The notes: a model not told the origin generated them from the letters alone. DNA of 64,000 nt from Verrucomicrobiota bacterium (GCA_026397725.1 JAPLUI010000182.1:747-64746); one strand, 5' to 3'. Positions 19,849 through 30,332 are shown, counted from the first letter of the stretch. Translations and numbers: made by a program.

Positions 19849-20922
19849 CTACGGCAGATGGGGAAGAAACGTGGGTTTCTGTGAGAGCCGTTGCAGACTC
19901 TCCAAGAGTTCGCGGGTGCGGTACCCGAAGGCTTCACCGGTCTCCACGTCAATGAGAGTCAATTCGGTGATCTTGGGATTGCTGAGGAGGATTTTGCTGA
20001 TTTCATCGATTTCATTCACCAGCACCGGATCGGAGGGATTGATGAGCGTGGGATCTGTTGCCTTGTTGATCTTATGGAAATGGGTGGTCCTGTGCGCATA
20101 ACCCGTCACCCGGCCTTCCAAACTCCGGGCATACTTCCTGGAGACGATTTGCCAGATTTCCCTGGTGATTCCATTCTGACGGGTGCCGAATTCCTGCGCA
20201 TAGAGTTCGAAAAAGCCGTTTTTCTTGAGGATCATTTCGAGGGAAACCAGGCCCTTGCTGTGGGCGAGATTCTCAGCCGCGCGGAAGCCACCCAGGCTCG
20301 ACCACAACATCCCCCGGTCTCTCGGCGGCTGGAGTTCCATGGCATTGATATAGTTTCGCCAGCGTGGCAATTGTCCCCCCGCAGTGCTGAAGAAGCGCAG
20401 GTTTGCCGTCTGCCGCAGACCTTTGCCAAGCCAGGTTCCCAGTTTCCGCCAGCCAATGGTGCCAACCATAACAAGCAGAGCAGCGGCGAACGCGCGTGCG
20501 GCTTCATCCAGGTCTTGCTCGGATTGTGCTCGCACGGCAAGGCTGGCGAAGCGACCAAAGGCCCGCAAGGCCCTGATGGCATCGTCGCCAACCGTGACCA
20601 CGGCGGCACCGGCAATCACGAGGTCCAGAGCCTCCCCAACTTCAAAGCAATGACTGCCCACATGGAGGGAGGTCACTCCGGCAAGCACCGCCATGGCTTG
20701 CGGAGTGAGCAACTCGGCCACCTGATTGCGGATGGCCTCCGGCATCAGTGGCAGTGAGCGATAGGCTGCATCCAGCAAGCGAATCATGTCGGATTCGGAA
20801 ACCAGAACTTCCGCCTTGTGACGCGCGGCATCCAGGGGACCGGGCTGCTTGGTCGGCCAGATCGCCACCGCATTGGCAATGTGACCTTGGCTGCCGGGGT
20901 ATGGTCCATTAAGGAGGGGCAT
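19849..20922 (-). CDS. Polymorphic-toxin-like protein with putative ADP-ribosyl cyclase/NADase (CD38-like) C-terminal domain
   Basis: N-terminal helical region (GSH.F.VGE..D; A.SEQDLD.AA..FA). C-terminal MLWS, SLEMIL, IWQIVSRKYA and NEI..I..NPKIT motifs. Confidence 0.65.
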   Translation of the reverse strand: MPLLNGPYPGSQGHIANAVAIWPTKQPGPLDAARHKAEVLVSESDMIRLLDAAYRSLPLMPEAIRNQVAELLTPQAMAVLAGVTSLHVGSHCFEVGEALDLVIAGAAVVTVGDDAIRALRAFGRFASLAVRAQSEQDLDEAARAFAAALLVMVGTIGWRKLGTWLGKGLRQTANLRFFSTAGGQLPRWRNYINAMELQPPRDRGMLWSSLGGFRAAENLAHSKGLVSLEMILKKNGFFELYAQEFGTRQNGITREIWQIVSRKYARSLEGRVTGYAHRTTHFHKINKATDPTLINPSDPVLVNEIDEISKILLSNPKITELTLIDVETGEAFGYRTRELLESLQRLSQKPTFLPHLP

Positions 20923-20988
20923 GAGCTGAGAGGTCTTGGTAGGTTTCGTCCGAGGCTTTGACCGCCGCCAGACAATACAGCAGTACCT

Positions 20989-21741
20989 CTAGCCAGATTG
21001 CAGCAGGTGGTAAAGGAAATTCTTCAGGAAATCAATGGGCTGGGGGATGGTGCGTTCGGGGGCTGCGGGGGCATCGATCAACACGTCGATCATGGTCCGC
21101 CAACCGGGGGAGTGGGTCAGCTCGGCATCAAGCTGGATGAGGGCGTGCGAGGGTTTTTGCGGGATCGGCACGGGCTCCACGCCACCCTGGTCCGGGTGGG
21201 CGCAGTGCGGGGCCGGGGAGCTGACCAGATACTCGCGGCATGCCAGCGGGCGCTGCGGATGGATGCTGCAGCTCTCGTGCTCCAGGAACGGGCAGGGGAG
21301 TCCTAGCAGAAAATAGCGCACGCCCACGGTTTGACGTTGTTGCGGATCCGGTTCCTCGGGGAGCAGGCGCAGGACCTCGAGCAGCTTGCCGCCGCGCAGG
21401 GCCGCAGCAGCCGCGGCGATGCGTTGCTCGACGCGCTTGCGGTGCTTGTTCGGGAGATTCGGCAGCACCTGGTTCTTGAGGTAGGCCGCCTCGGATAGGC
21501 TGAGCGGCACCAACTGTCGGCAGCAGGCCCCGCAGCCTGGTCCGCAGGAGACCCGTGTGGCGGGTGGGATTTGCCGGACCGCGGCTGCCACGATGCCCTC
21601 GCCCACGCCCAGCAACAAGGGCACCAGCGCCTCCACCGCACACTCACCCTCCGGCACCGAGCCGGAGACGTTCAGGCATTCCTCCCCAATCCGGATGGTG
21701 AAGGAGAACGGGGTCGGGTGGGGTGCGGCAGTTCCAGTCAT
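20989..21741 (-). CDS. YkgJ-family cysteine-cluster protein
   Basis: CGPGCGACC and CPFLEHESCSIHPQRPLACREY. Confidence 0.92.
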   Translation of the reverse strand: MTGTAAPHPTPFSFTIRIGEECLNVSGSVPEGECAVEALVPLLLGVGEGIVAAAVRQIPPATRVSCGPGCGACCRQLVPLSLSEAAYLKNQVLPNLPNKHRKRVEQRIAAAAAALRGGKLLEVLRLLPEEPDPQQRQTVGVRYFLLGLPCPFLEHESCSIHPQRPLACREYLVSSPAPHCAHPDQGGVEPVPIPQKPSHALIQLDAELTHSPGWRTMIDVLIDAPAAPERTIPQPIDFLKNFLYHLLQSG

Positions 21742-22019
21742 CTCTTTCTCGGGTTCCGCAGGGCGTGTGGAAATCAAGCAATGGAAGTATGGCAATACCT
21801 CCGCTGGCAGGCGGAAGGTCGCGGTTTCACGGACGGCAACCCAACCGCAGGATGAGGGTTGAAGAAGCTTTCACACTTGCAGTGAAGATTCATACTTGGT
21901 TGCTAGGAAATGACGTTTGCGCAGCACCATCATCCATCAGGCAAACTACATTTGGCTCAAGCTGGACAGCGTTCTGGGCGAAGCTGAGGCGAGTTCAGGC
22001 AGCGGCACCACTGCTTCCC

Positions 22020-23699
22020 TCAGTGCGTCTCGAATAACGACTTCACCCGGTGGGCCTCAAGGATTTCACCATGTTTGGTGGTGACCGACACTTGCTCGGT
22101 CTTGACCGTGTTGAAAACGCGGCGGAAGACCTCGGGGCTGATCAGGACGTCGCCGCCCTTCGCCCCATCGCTGAGGCGTGAGGCGCGGTTCACGGCGTCG
22201 CCGATGACGGTGAAATCAAGCCGGTCCGCTGCGCCGATGAAACCGTGCAACACGACCCCGCAATGGATCCCGATGCCGATTTCGCAAACTTCCTTGTGCC
22301 GCGCGGTGCGGCGTTGGGTCACCATTTTTGCGGCATCTTGCATCGCCAGGCCGGCCCGGACCGCGTGCTCGTGTTGTTGCAGATCGACCTCGGGACTGCC
22401 GAAAATCGCCACCACCGCGTCGCCGACGAATTTATCGATGGTGCCATCAAACCGAAAGATGGCGTCCACCAGGTCGGCGAAATAGTCGTTCAGCATTTCG
22501 CTCACATCGACGGCATCCATTCTGGCGCACTTGGTGGTGAAGCCGCGAATGTCGCCGAACAGGATGGTCACTTCCGATTTTTCGCCGCCGGGGCTCAGAT
22601 GGCCGCGCTTGGCTCGTTCGAGCAGGATATTTCTGATTTTCGGGGAGAAACTGCATAACAGGGTTTCCAGCAACCTGGCGTTGGTCTGCAAATCCTGTTG
22701 GAGCTGATAGTTGGCGACCGCCATGGAGGCATAATGCCCCACGGCCATCATCAAGCGGAGGTTTTCCTCCGAAAACGCGGCGTCGTGCGTCGGCGAATCC
22801 ACGGCGATGACTCCCACGGGCACGCCATTCCACAACAGCGGCGCATACATGCCTGTTTGCGCCCCCCGCATGGTTTCACTCAGATCGCCATCGCCTTTCC
22901 GCCAGATGAAACCGCAGCCGTCGCTCATGGCACGGCGGGCCAAAGTTCTGCTGACGGAATGGCCGCTGGTGGGCAGGTAGGCCTTCAGGACAAGCTGCTT
23001 CGTTAGCGGATCCATGAGGAGGAGCGTGCTGTGCAAGGCCCCTGGAATGATATCGAGCATCTGCTGGGCGATCATCTCAAGCAGGTCATCCAGGCTGTTC
23101 TGGGCGGCAAAAACCAGTGGCAGGTTGAACAATAGTTCCAATCGCCGCTTGTGTTCCTTGGAGGAGGTATTGGCCACCACCGGACCGGAGTTATGGATGT
23201 CAAGTTGTCTTTCAATGTTGATGTTCGATCCCAGTTCCTCCCTGGGCAGGGTGTCGGTCAGGCAAAGTTCCGGCGCTTGTTCCTGCAGCGACAAGGTGAG
23301 GGTGGTTTCCCCGATGCGGATCCGGTCCTCGCTTGAGATTGCAACCCGATGGCGGATCTTGCGTCCGTTGACCAGCACGCCGTATTTGCTGTTCAGATCC
23401 TCCAGCGACACGGTGCCCGCCTCGACCGAGAGGCGGGCGTGCCTGCGGGAGACGGTCATGTCCGGGTGGAGGTCCAGATCGGGCATGCCCCTGGGGTCGG
23501 GGCGTCCGATGGTGATTGAATTCTGGCTGAACTTCCGCACCGACTCCGTGTCCTTGTACTGGAAGGTGATCTGGATCATGGGGGCGGGATCAGGGTGCGG
23601 ATTCCCGCTCATGCCGCGTGAGGTCAAAGTGGAGCTTGGCGCGTTCATTGCTAATTGCGGAGGCGTGGATTCGAGATTCTTCTTCCGGTCACGGCTCAT
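22020..23699 (-). CDS. FHA-GAF-adenylate/guanylate cyclase (class III)
   Basis: FHA motifs (IGR, VSRRHA, DLNSKYG..VNG), a GAF region, and cyclase motifs LFGDIRGFT, DKFVGDA and FTVIGDAVNRASRL. Confidence 0.93.
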   Translation of the reverse strand: MSRDRKKNLESTPPQLAMNAPSSTLTSRGMSGNPHPDPAPMIQITFQYKDTESVRKFSQNSITIGRPDPRGMPDLDLHPDMTVSRRHARLSVEAGTVSLEDLNSKYGVLVNGRKIRHRVAISSEDRIRIGETTLTLSLQEQAPELCLTDTLPREELGSNINIERQLDIHNSGPVVANTSSKEHKRRLELLFNLPLVFAAQNSLDDLLEMIAQQMLDIIPGALHSTLLLMDPLTKQLVLKAYLPTSGHSVSRTLARRAMSDGCGFIWRKGDGDLSETMRGAQTGMYAPLLWNGVPVGVIAVDSPTHDAAFSEENLRLMMAVGHYASMAVANYQLQQDLQTNARLLETLLCSFSPKIRNILLERAKRGHLSPGGEKSEVTILFGDIRGFTTKCARMDAVDVSEMLNDYFADLVDAIFRFDGTIDKFVGDAVVAIFGSPEVDLQQHEHAVRAGLAMQDAAKMVTQRRTARHKEVCEIGIGIHCGVVLHGFIGAADRLDFTVIGDAVNRASRLSDGAKGGDVLISPEVFRRVFNTVKTEQVSVTTKHGEILEAHRVKSLFETH

Positions 23700-24274
23700 G
23701 ATGGTTCAAAAACTCAAGTCACCAAGTAACTCAGGGGTGTGTTCGTTAGGCATCTTCCGATTTGCATGGGGCTTCGTACCAGTTGCGTACGACTGCCATG
23801 AATTTGCTGGTCGGGTGATTTTGCCTGGGGACGCCAAAAATATGCGGATTGGAGCGCGGGAGAGGTGTTTTGGTGGGGCGCTGCTTCGGTATCGCGGTAA
23901 GCGGAAGAAGTGGTTTTGGGGACGCCATGCGCTCTTGTCTTACTGATTGACCGAGCCACCGAAATGCTGCAATACCTTCCGGGTGCTCGGGGCAACAGGT
24001 GGGCAATTCGACCAGCACGGGTACCCGCGAGGTACCGCCTGGTGCTGCGGAGGGGGAAACATGGTGGGAGTGGGAGTCATGGGTGAATTCGTTGCCGGTG
24101 AGACTATCAGTCCGGTCCCCAATGCCAAGAATTATTTTTTTGAAATTTTCCGTTGAAGGTTGGTGCCGGGCGGAATGGGGAGCTGAAAGACCCACACCCC
24201 GAACTCACGGCACGCGGGCGATTGGTGCGACCTCACTTGGTTCAGAGTGCCGGGCTCTTGTTGCGGGCGCACGC

Positions 24275-24772
24275 TCAGGCCAGGCTGGAGGTCCAGGAGT
24301 TATGGAACGACGCCCTCACCTCGGCGGAGGCGAGTTTGTCATTCATGTTGCGGATCCGCCTGGAGACTTCTCGGAGCAAGCCTCGCAGCACCGCAACGGC
24401 GGCCACCGGGTCCGCCTCTTGAAAGGCATTCAACTCTTCGCGGGACAGCGACCATACGAACCCGCTGCCGCGGGAAATCGCCGTCGCGCTTGCCTTGGAT
24501 GGGTCGAAAAGATTGATTTCTCCCATGGAATCGCCCTCGCCGAGGGTGGCAACGAGCACTTGGCGCCCGGCTACGGAATACACGATGTGCTGGGTTCCAG
24601 CCAGGATGACGTAGAGGGAGTCCTGGCAATCTCCCTCTGCGATGAGCACGTCGCCGTTTTGTGGACGGTGGAATTTTCCAAAGCACGCGAGAAAAACGCG
24701 GTGCTCGTGAGGAACCTCTGCAAGAAAACCGATGGCCGGAAGTTCCGAGATGGGCGCGGGTGGATTGATCAT
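24275..24772 (-). CDS. Cyclic-nucleotide-binding domain protein (no HTH)
   Basis: GDVLIAEGD...LYVILAG, LGEGDSMGEINLFD...SATA. Confidence 0.88.
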   Translation of the reverse strand: MINPPAPISELPAIGFLAEVPHEHRVFLACFGKFHRPQNGDVLIAEGDCQDSLYVILAGTQHIVYSVAGRQVLVATLGEGDSMGEINLFDPSKASATAISRGSGFVWSLSREELNAFQEADPVAAVAVLRGLLREVSRRIRNMNDKLASAEVRASFHNSWTSSLA

Positions 24773-25134
24773 GGCATACAGGGCTTGGGGTGGTCTGGCG
24801 ATGGCTGTGATCGGTTCGTCCGGAAATCGCAGCTCGGCTTCAATTACCAGAGCGGCAAGGAATTCCAAGGAGATTTTTCATCCGACAAGAGATTTTTCAT
24901 CCGCAGGGTGGGAAGTTTGGGCCGCCGCCGTTTGCCAAATCGCCCGCGCTACCCATGGCCGCCGCAACGAAAAGAACCCATACACCCCCATTGACGCCAT
25001 CCGTTGGCTGCGGTGAGTTCAAACGGGTGCCCCAGCGCCTCCCGGCCATAGCCCTGGGTGGCAATCAGCACGTCCGAATGATTCCTTGACATCGCTCGGC
25101 AGTTGGGTATTGCCAGCGGCAGGCAAAGTCACCC

Positions 25135-26187
25135 ATGCACCCCACCCTCACCCAACTCATCCGGGACGCGTTCGCCGACACGGTCACCGATGTGTTCATC
25201 ATTGAGGGCGACGCGCCGCGCATCCGGCGTGAGGGCGACGTGGTGGTGCTCGATCCGGTCCCGGTCTCGCGGGCCGCGATGGAGGCGTTCTGGCAGTCCT
25301 GCGGCATCGACCCCGCGACGCATCCCGAGGCGGACCTTTCCTGGCAGCTTCCCGAGGGCGGCCGCTTGCGGGTGAATCTCTATCACACGCTCGGTCGCCT
25401 CGCCGCAGTGCTGCGGCCGATCCGCGCCCGGATCCCTCCGCTGGCCGATCTCGGGCTGCCCGCGCCGCTGCTGGAGTCGTGGCTGCAACGCCGCTACGGG
25501 CTCATCCTCGTCACCGGCCCCACGGGCTCCGGCAAGTCCACCACCGTGGCCTCGTGCTTGGATTGGATCAACCATCATCTGGCCCGCCACATCGTCACGC
25601 TTGAGGATCCGATCGAGTATCTGTTTGAGAACGACCTCGCGTTTTTCTCCCAACGGGAGATCCGGCAGGATACGGAGAGTTTCGCGAGTGCGCTGCGGGC
25701 CGCGTTGCGCCAAAGCCCGGATGTGCTCTTTGTGGGTGAAATCCGCGACCGGGAAACCGCAGTCACCGCCCTCCACGCCGCGGAAACCGGCCACCTCGTC
25801 ATCTCCACCCTGCACAGCAGCAGCGTCGTGGAAACCATCGATCGGTTCTCCCACCTGCTGACCGCCGAAACCTCCGGAGCCCTTGGCCTGCTGGCCACCC
25901 AGCTCATCGGCGTCATTTCACAACAACTCCTGCCGCGCCTCGGCGGCGGATTGTTCCCCGCCCTCGAATACCTTCAGAACGAAGCCGCCACCCGCCGCTG
26001 GATCCTCGACCATAGGTTGCCGGAATTGCAGGACCACCTTCAGAAGGCCGCCGACCCGAACACCTGCTCGCTGCTAGATTACCTCGTGGCAGCCACCCGC
26101 CAAGGATACGTCGCCGCGGAAGTCGCCCGCTCCGCCTGCCCGCGAGCGCCGGATTTCGACCGCGCCATGCGCGGAATCTCCAGTTAG
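25135..26187 (+). CDS. pilT: PilT/PilU family type IV pilus ATPase
   Basis: GPTGSGKST, TLEDPIE, ALRQSPD..VGEIRD, AETGHLVISTLH. Confidence 0.9.
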   Translation: MHPTLTQLIRDAFADTVTDVFIIEGDAPRIRREGDVVVLDPVPVSRAAMEAFWQSCGIDPATHPEADLSWQLPEGGRLRVNLYHTLGRLAAVLRPIRARIPPLADLGLPAPLLESWLQRRYGLILVTGPTGSGKSTTVASCLDWINHHLARHIVTLEDPIEYLFENDLAFFSQREIRQDTESFASALRAALRQSPDVLFVGEIRDRETAVTALHAAETGHLVISTLHSSSVVETIDRFSHLLTAETSGALGLLATQLIGVISQQLLPRLGGGLFPALEYLQNEAATRRWILDHRLPELQDHLQKAADPNTCSLLDYLVAATRQGYVAAEVARSACPRAPDFDRAMRGISS

Positions 26188-26198
26188 AAAACCATGCC

Positions 26199-27287
26199 AT
26201 GACCCGCGACATCACCGAATACCTCAGGGCCGCCGTCGCCCGCGGCGGCTCCGACCTGCACCTCAGCGCGTGGGCTCCCGCCTGCGTGCGCATCAACGGT
26301 GCGATCCAGCCCATCGATGACGTGACGCTGGATCCTGACAGTGTCCGCGACCTGATCCTGGCCACTCTAACCGAATCCCAGCGTGCCACCCTGGAACAGG
26401 AATGGGAACTCGACTATGCGCTCCAGGTCGAGGACGTGGGACGCTTTCGCGGTAACGTCCACCTGGCCCGCGGCAACGTCGAGGCCGCCTTCCGCTTCAT
26501 CTCCCAGCACATCCCCGAACTGGAAACCCTCGGCCATCACGACATGGTCCGCGCGTGCTGCAACCTCCGCAGCGGCCTCGTGCTCGTCACCGGCATCACC
26601 GGTTCTGGCAAATCGACCACCCTCGCCTCCATGGTCAAACGCATCGCCGACACCCATAGCGGCGTGATCATCACCCTCGAGGATCCCATCGAGTTCATCT
26701 TCCGCCACAGCTCCTGCCTGATCAAACAACGCGAAGTCGGCGGCGATACCCGTAGCTTTCCCCGCGCCCTGCGCCAGGCCCTCCGCCAGGACCCGGACGT
26801 CATCGTGGTTTCCGAAATGCGCGACCTCGAAACCATCCGGATCGCCCTAACCGCTGCCGAGACCGGCCACCTCGTACTCGCCACCCTCCACACGCCCGAC
26901 GCCCCGCAGACGATCGACCGCCTGGTGGATGTGTTTCCCGCCGACCAGCAACCGCAGATCGTCGCCCAGCTTGCCGGCACGCTGGAGGGAATCATCAGCC
27001 AGCGCCTCATCCCCCGCGCCGACGGTCACGGCCGCGTCCTCGCCTCCGAGGTGCTGGTGCCCGGCTATGGCATTCGCAACTGCATCCGCGAGCGCAAGCT
27101 GGAACAAATCGTCGGCCTGATGGAAATCGGTCACCGCGACGGCAACCGGACCATCGACCAAAGCATCGCCGCGTTGCTGGAGGCCCAACTCATCACTCGC
27201 AACGAGGCGATGTTCCATTGCCGCGAACGCCGGAACTTCGAGGTCGCGCCCAAGCCGACCCGCAAAGCAAAATCGCTCTGGACCTAA
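26199..27287 (+). CDS. pilT: PilT/PilU family type IV pilus ATPase (second paralogue)
   Basis: SDLHLS, GITGSGKSTT, EDPIEF, LRQDPD, AETGHLVLATLHT. Confidence 0.92.
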   Translation: MTRDITEYLRAAVARGGSDLHLSAWAPACVRINGAIQPIDDVTLDPDSVRDLILATLTESQRATLEQEWELDYALQVEDVGRFRGNVHLARGNVEAAFRFISQHIPELETLGHHDMVRACCNLRSGLVLVTGITGSGKSTTLASMVKRIADTHSGVIITLEDPIEFIFRHSSCLIKQREVGGDTRSFPRALRQALRQDPDVIVVSEMRDLETIRIALTAAETGHLVLATLHTPDAPQTIDRLVDVFPADQQPQIVAQLAGTLEGIISQRLIPRADGHGRVLASEVLVPGYGIRNCIRERKLEQIVGLMEIGHRDGNRTIDQSIAALLEAQLITRNEAMFHCRERRNFEVAPKPTRKAKSLWT

Positions 27288-27293
27288 CCGATC

Positions 27294-27980
27294 ATGGATG
27301 CCCCCAGCCCCCAATACCTGCTCAGCCGCGCCGGGTTGTTGATCGCCCTGCTGGTGGCCGTCCTGGTTGGCATGCGGTTGGTCAGGAAATTCCAACGCCA
27401 GGCTGCCATCACCGCCGAACTCGGGTCGCTCACCAGCGACAGCGCCTTCTTCCAACAATTCTACGCCGAGGACGCCCGCAAGTCCCTGGTCCGCGCCATC
27501 GGCCTGCTCGCCGAGGCGAATTCGTTAGGCGTTGCCCCCAACGTCGCCATCGACCGCGGCCTGGGTCTCAAACCGCGGTTTTTCGCTAGCGACGCCAAGC
27601 TTGAGGAGCCGCCGGTCCGCGAAAAAATCATCCGCACCTGCCTGCGCGGCAACTATGAGAACTTCATCAAGCTCGGTTACCGGGCGGACTTCCACACGCT
27701 CGACGCCATGAAGCGGGGCGAACTGCCGCCAATCCCCAGCGGTCCTAACAGCGGCCACCGTCCGGAACTCGCCCACCTGATCAGCCCCGCGCTCGCGCCG
27801 GGCCTCGAGAAGCTCGTCGCCAATCTCGAAATCCGCCCGCCGCAGCCCCCCGGTCACCAGGCCACTCCCTTCCAGGTCGCCACTGCCAAACAACTCGCTC
27901 GCGAGCTGGCCGACGCCCGCCTCATCGAGGAAGCCGTCTGCGACCGCATCCTCGAAGGCTTGTCCACCGCACCTCCCTGA
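27294..27980 (+). CDS. Hypothetical membrane-anchored protein (pilT operon)
   Basis: Starts 6 bp after the second pilT; N-terminal TM helix. Confidence 0.8.
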   Translation: MDAPSPQYLLSRAGLLIALLVAVLVGMRLVRKFQRQAAITAELGSLTSDSAFFQQFYAEDARKSLVRAIGLLAEANSLGVAPNVAIDRGLGLKPRFFASDAKLEEPPVREKIIRTCLRGNYENFIKLGYRADFHTLDAMKRGELPPIPSGPNSGHRPELAHLISPALAPGLEKLVANLEIRPPQPPGHQATPFQVATAKQLARELADARLIEEAVCDRILEGLSTAPP

Positions 27981-28241
27981 GCGCCGGAACCAAGCCGCCA
28001 CTCCCCGCGCCGCCGCCCGTGGGCAGCGTGCGTCAAGTGAACCTAGCAAAGCCAAGCGGGAGACAGCAGAGGCCCACCTTGGCAGGCGGCCCCGGTTTCA
28101 TGGCAAGCCCTCACAGGAACTGCCAGGTATTCCCGCGCGGACGTGCTTCAAGGAAGCTGCGCACCGGGGATGGGCATGCGCATCCCCTTGCTCCAACGCG
28201 CCGTTCCGCACGTTGAACTCGGCATGGCCAGCGCCATCCCG

Positions 28242-28433
28242 TCACGCCGGGGGGTCTCCGCTGACGGACAGTTTGCGGGCGATGCCTTCGAGGATGCCGC
28301 GTCGCTCGCGGAGCATCTGTTTGAACTCGGCGTGGTGGGTATGGCCGATTTCATGTTCCAAGTCCGCCAGGCACCGTTTCAGGGCCTGTTCCAGCGCGTT
28401 CAGTTCCACTTGATCGAGGTCGAGCGTTTTCAT
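28242..28433 (-). CDS. Small helical hypothetical protein
   Basis: 63-aa amphipathic ORF with an upstream AAAGGA RBS-like sequence. Confidence 0.7.
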   Translation of the reverse strand: MKTLDLDQVELNALEQALKRCLADLEHEIGHTHHAEFKQMLRERRGILEGIARKLSVSGDPPA

Positions 28434-28840
28434 GGGGTCCTTTCCGTTTCATTTCAACTATCCGCGCAAACCGAGCAAATGCAAACCGCCGACCGGTCAC
28501 CGCACGCTCGTACGGAGGCACGCGTCCGCACTTGGGTTCGCCAAGATCGGGGAAGGATGTTAGCCGCGCCAGAAGGTGAACCGTGGCACGAGGCGCAGCC
28601 GCTTGTCCCGGCACGGGTGACGGCCCCAGGTCCGGCTGTGAAGGTTTGCGCATCGGCATCACCTGTGGGCACCAACATGATTTTCAGTGGCCCTTTCAGC
28701 GACCGAGGAGGCGGCTTCCATTCAGAGGACCATTTCTTGCACGACCTCCAGGGCCAAGCGAAATTCATGAAATTTCCTGTCACGCGGCTTGCGGTCCGCG
28801 CCAACAAGGGGTGATGAATGCGTGCCACCCCATCCCACTC

Positions 28841-29389
28841 ATGATTCCGGAATCCATGGCCATCCCGCCTGCCGACCGGCAGGCCTTCGCTGCGCTGGCC
28901 CGCGAGCACCACCGCAGCCTGCTCATCTACGCACGAGCGCTGGCCCGCAACGAGGCGACCGCCGCCGATCTCGTCCAAGACGCCTTCGTCGCGGCCTGGC
29001 GCAATCTCGGCCGCTTCGACATCACCCGCGACTTCGGGGCCTGGCTGCGCGGCATCATCCGCAACAAGTGGCGCGAGTATCTCCGCCGCCACGCCCGCGA
29101 GGTCGATGTCGATGACGCAACCCTCGAAGCCTGGGAATCCCGCTTCGCGCAATGGGACACCAAGCGCAGCACCGGAGATGCGGATCAGCTCGATGCGCTC
29201 GACGAGTGCCTGAAGCACCTGCCTGATGCGATGAGTGAGGCGGTGCGGCGTTTCTATTACCACGAAGAACCCGGCGAAACGATCGCCGCCGCCCTCGGCA
29301 TCGACACCGCCACCTTTCGCAAACGCCTCGAGCGTGCCCGCCACGCCCTGCGTGCCTGCCTTGACCGCAAACTCCTCACCCCCGCCTGA
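28841..29389 (+). CDS. ECF RNA polymerase sigma-70 factor
   Basis: AADLVQDAFV.AW..L..FD...DFGAWLRGI.RN; region 4 with L..CL..LP and IAAALG...RKRLERAR..LR.C. Confidence 0.93.
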   Translation: MIPESMAIPPADRQAFAALAREHHRSLLIYARALARNEATAADLVQDAFVAAWRNLGRFDITRDFGAWLRGIIRNKWREYLRRHAREVDVDDATLEAWESRFAQWDTKRSTGDADQLDALDECLKHLPDAMSEAVRRFYYHEEPGETIAAALGIDTATFRKRLERARHALRACLDRKLLTPA

Positions 29390-29392
29390 ACC

Positions 29393-30304
29393 ATGAATCC
29401 CACTAGCCACTCCCATGACACACCGATGGACGGCGATGACCGCCTGATGGATGCCCTGCTGCGCGAACACGCCCGCGCCGGAACCACTGCGGATGAGGGG
29501 TTCCTCACCCGCCTCGCCACCTCGCTCGAGGCCGAAGCGGAGACCGCGTGCCTCGACCCACTACCCGCAAGCTCCGCTCCCAAACGCCCGTCGCATCGCC
29601 TCGCCTGGTCGCTTGGCCTTGCCGCCAGTGTGGCCCTCGCCGCCGGACTGATTTGGAAATATCCGCTCCCCAACAAATCGTCAGGTTTCCGGGTTGCGGA
29701 GCTTGCCCATGCCAGCGGAGCACCGTTGCACACCGAGATTCCACCGGAACTCATCGAGGGCACTCCCAAGGCCATCACGGTCCCCCACCTCGTTCCGGTC
29801 CCTGACAAGGCACCCGTGTTCCTCGTGCCACCAGGCACCGTCCTGCTGTCCAAGGGCAAGCCAGTCACCAGCAGCGATGACAACCCGATCATCGGTTCCC
29901 TCGACCTCATCACCGATGGCGACAAACAGGCCGGCGAAGGGTACTTCGTCGAACTGCTCGACGGTCTCCAGTGGGTCCAAATCGATTTGGAAAAACGCGC
30001 CACCATCCACGCCATCTGGCTATGGCACTATCACTCCCAGCGACGCGCCTATCATGACGTGATCGTGCGGATTTCCGATGATCCGGAGTTCAAGACCGGC
30101 GTCATCACCGTGTATAACAACGACTACGACAACTCCGCCAAGCTCGGCCAGGCTTCTGACAATCCCTACGTGGAAAGCCGCTATGGCCTCATCGTCGATG
30201 GCAAGGGCACCAAGGGTCGCTACGTCCGGCTTTACAGCAACGGCAACACCTCCAACGAAATGAACCATTACATCGAGGTTGAAGCCTTCGGCATCCCTAA
30301 CTAA
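29393..30304 (+). CDS. Putative anti-sigma factor with TM helix and discoidin/F5-8C-like domain
   Basis: Directly follows the ECF sigma gene; single TM; LSKGKPVTSS, WVQIDLE, GRYVRLYSNG..EVEAFG. Confidence 0.75.
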   Translation: MNPTSHSHDTPMDGDDRLMDALLREHARAGTTADEGFLTRLATSLEAEAETACLDPLPASSAPKRPSHRLAWSLGLAASVALAAGLIWKYPLPNKSSGFRVAELAHASGAPLHTEIPPELIEGTPKAITVPHLVPVPDKAPVFLVPPGTVLLSKGKPVTSSDDNPIIGSLDLITDGDKQAGEGYFVELLDGLQWVQIDLEKRATIHAIWLWHYHSQRRAYHDVIVRISDDPEFKTGVITVYNNDYDNSAKLGQASDNPYVESRYGLIVDGKGTKGRYVRLYSNGNTSNEMNHYIEVEAFGIPN

Positions 30305-30332
30305 CAACGCGTCCTCACACCCGGACGATGTT

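Noticed and set aside
23714-24195. Small ORFs or a riboswitch upstream of the cyclase
   Set aside because: I recognised no family motif, RBS pattern or known riboswitch consensus.
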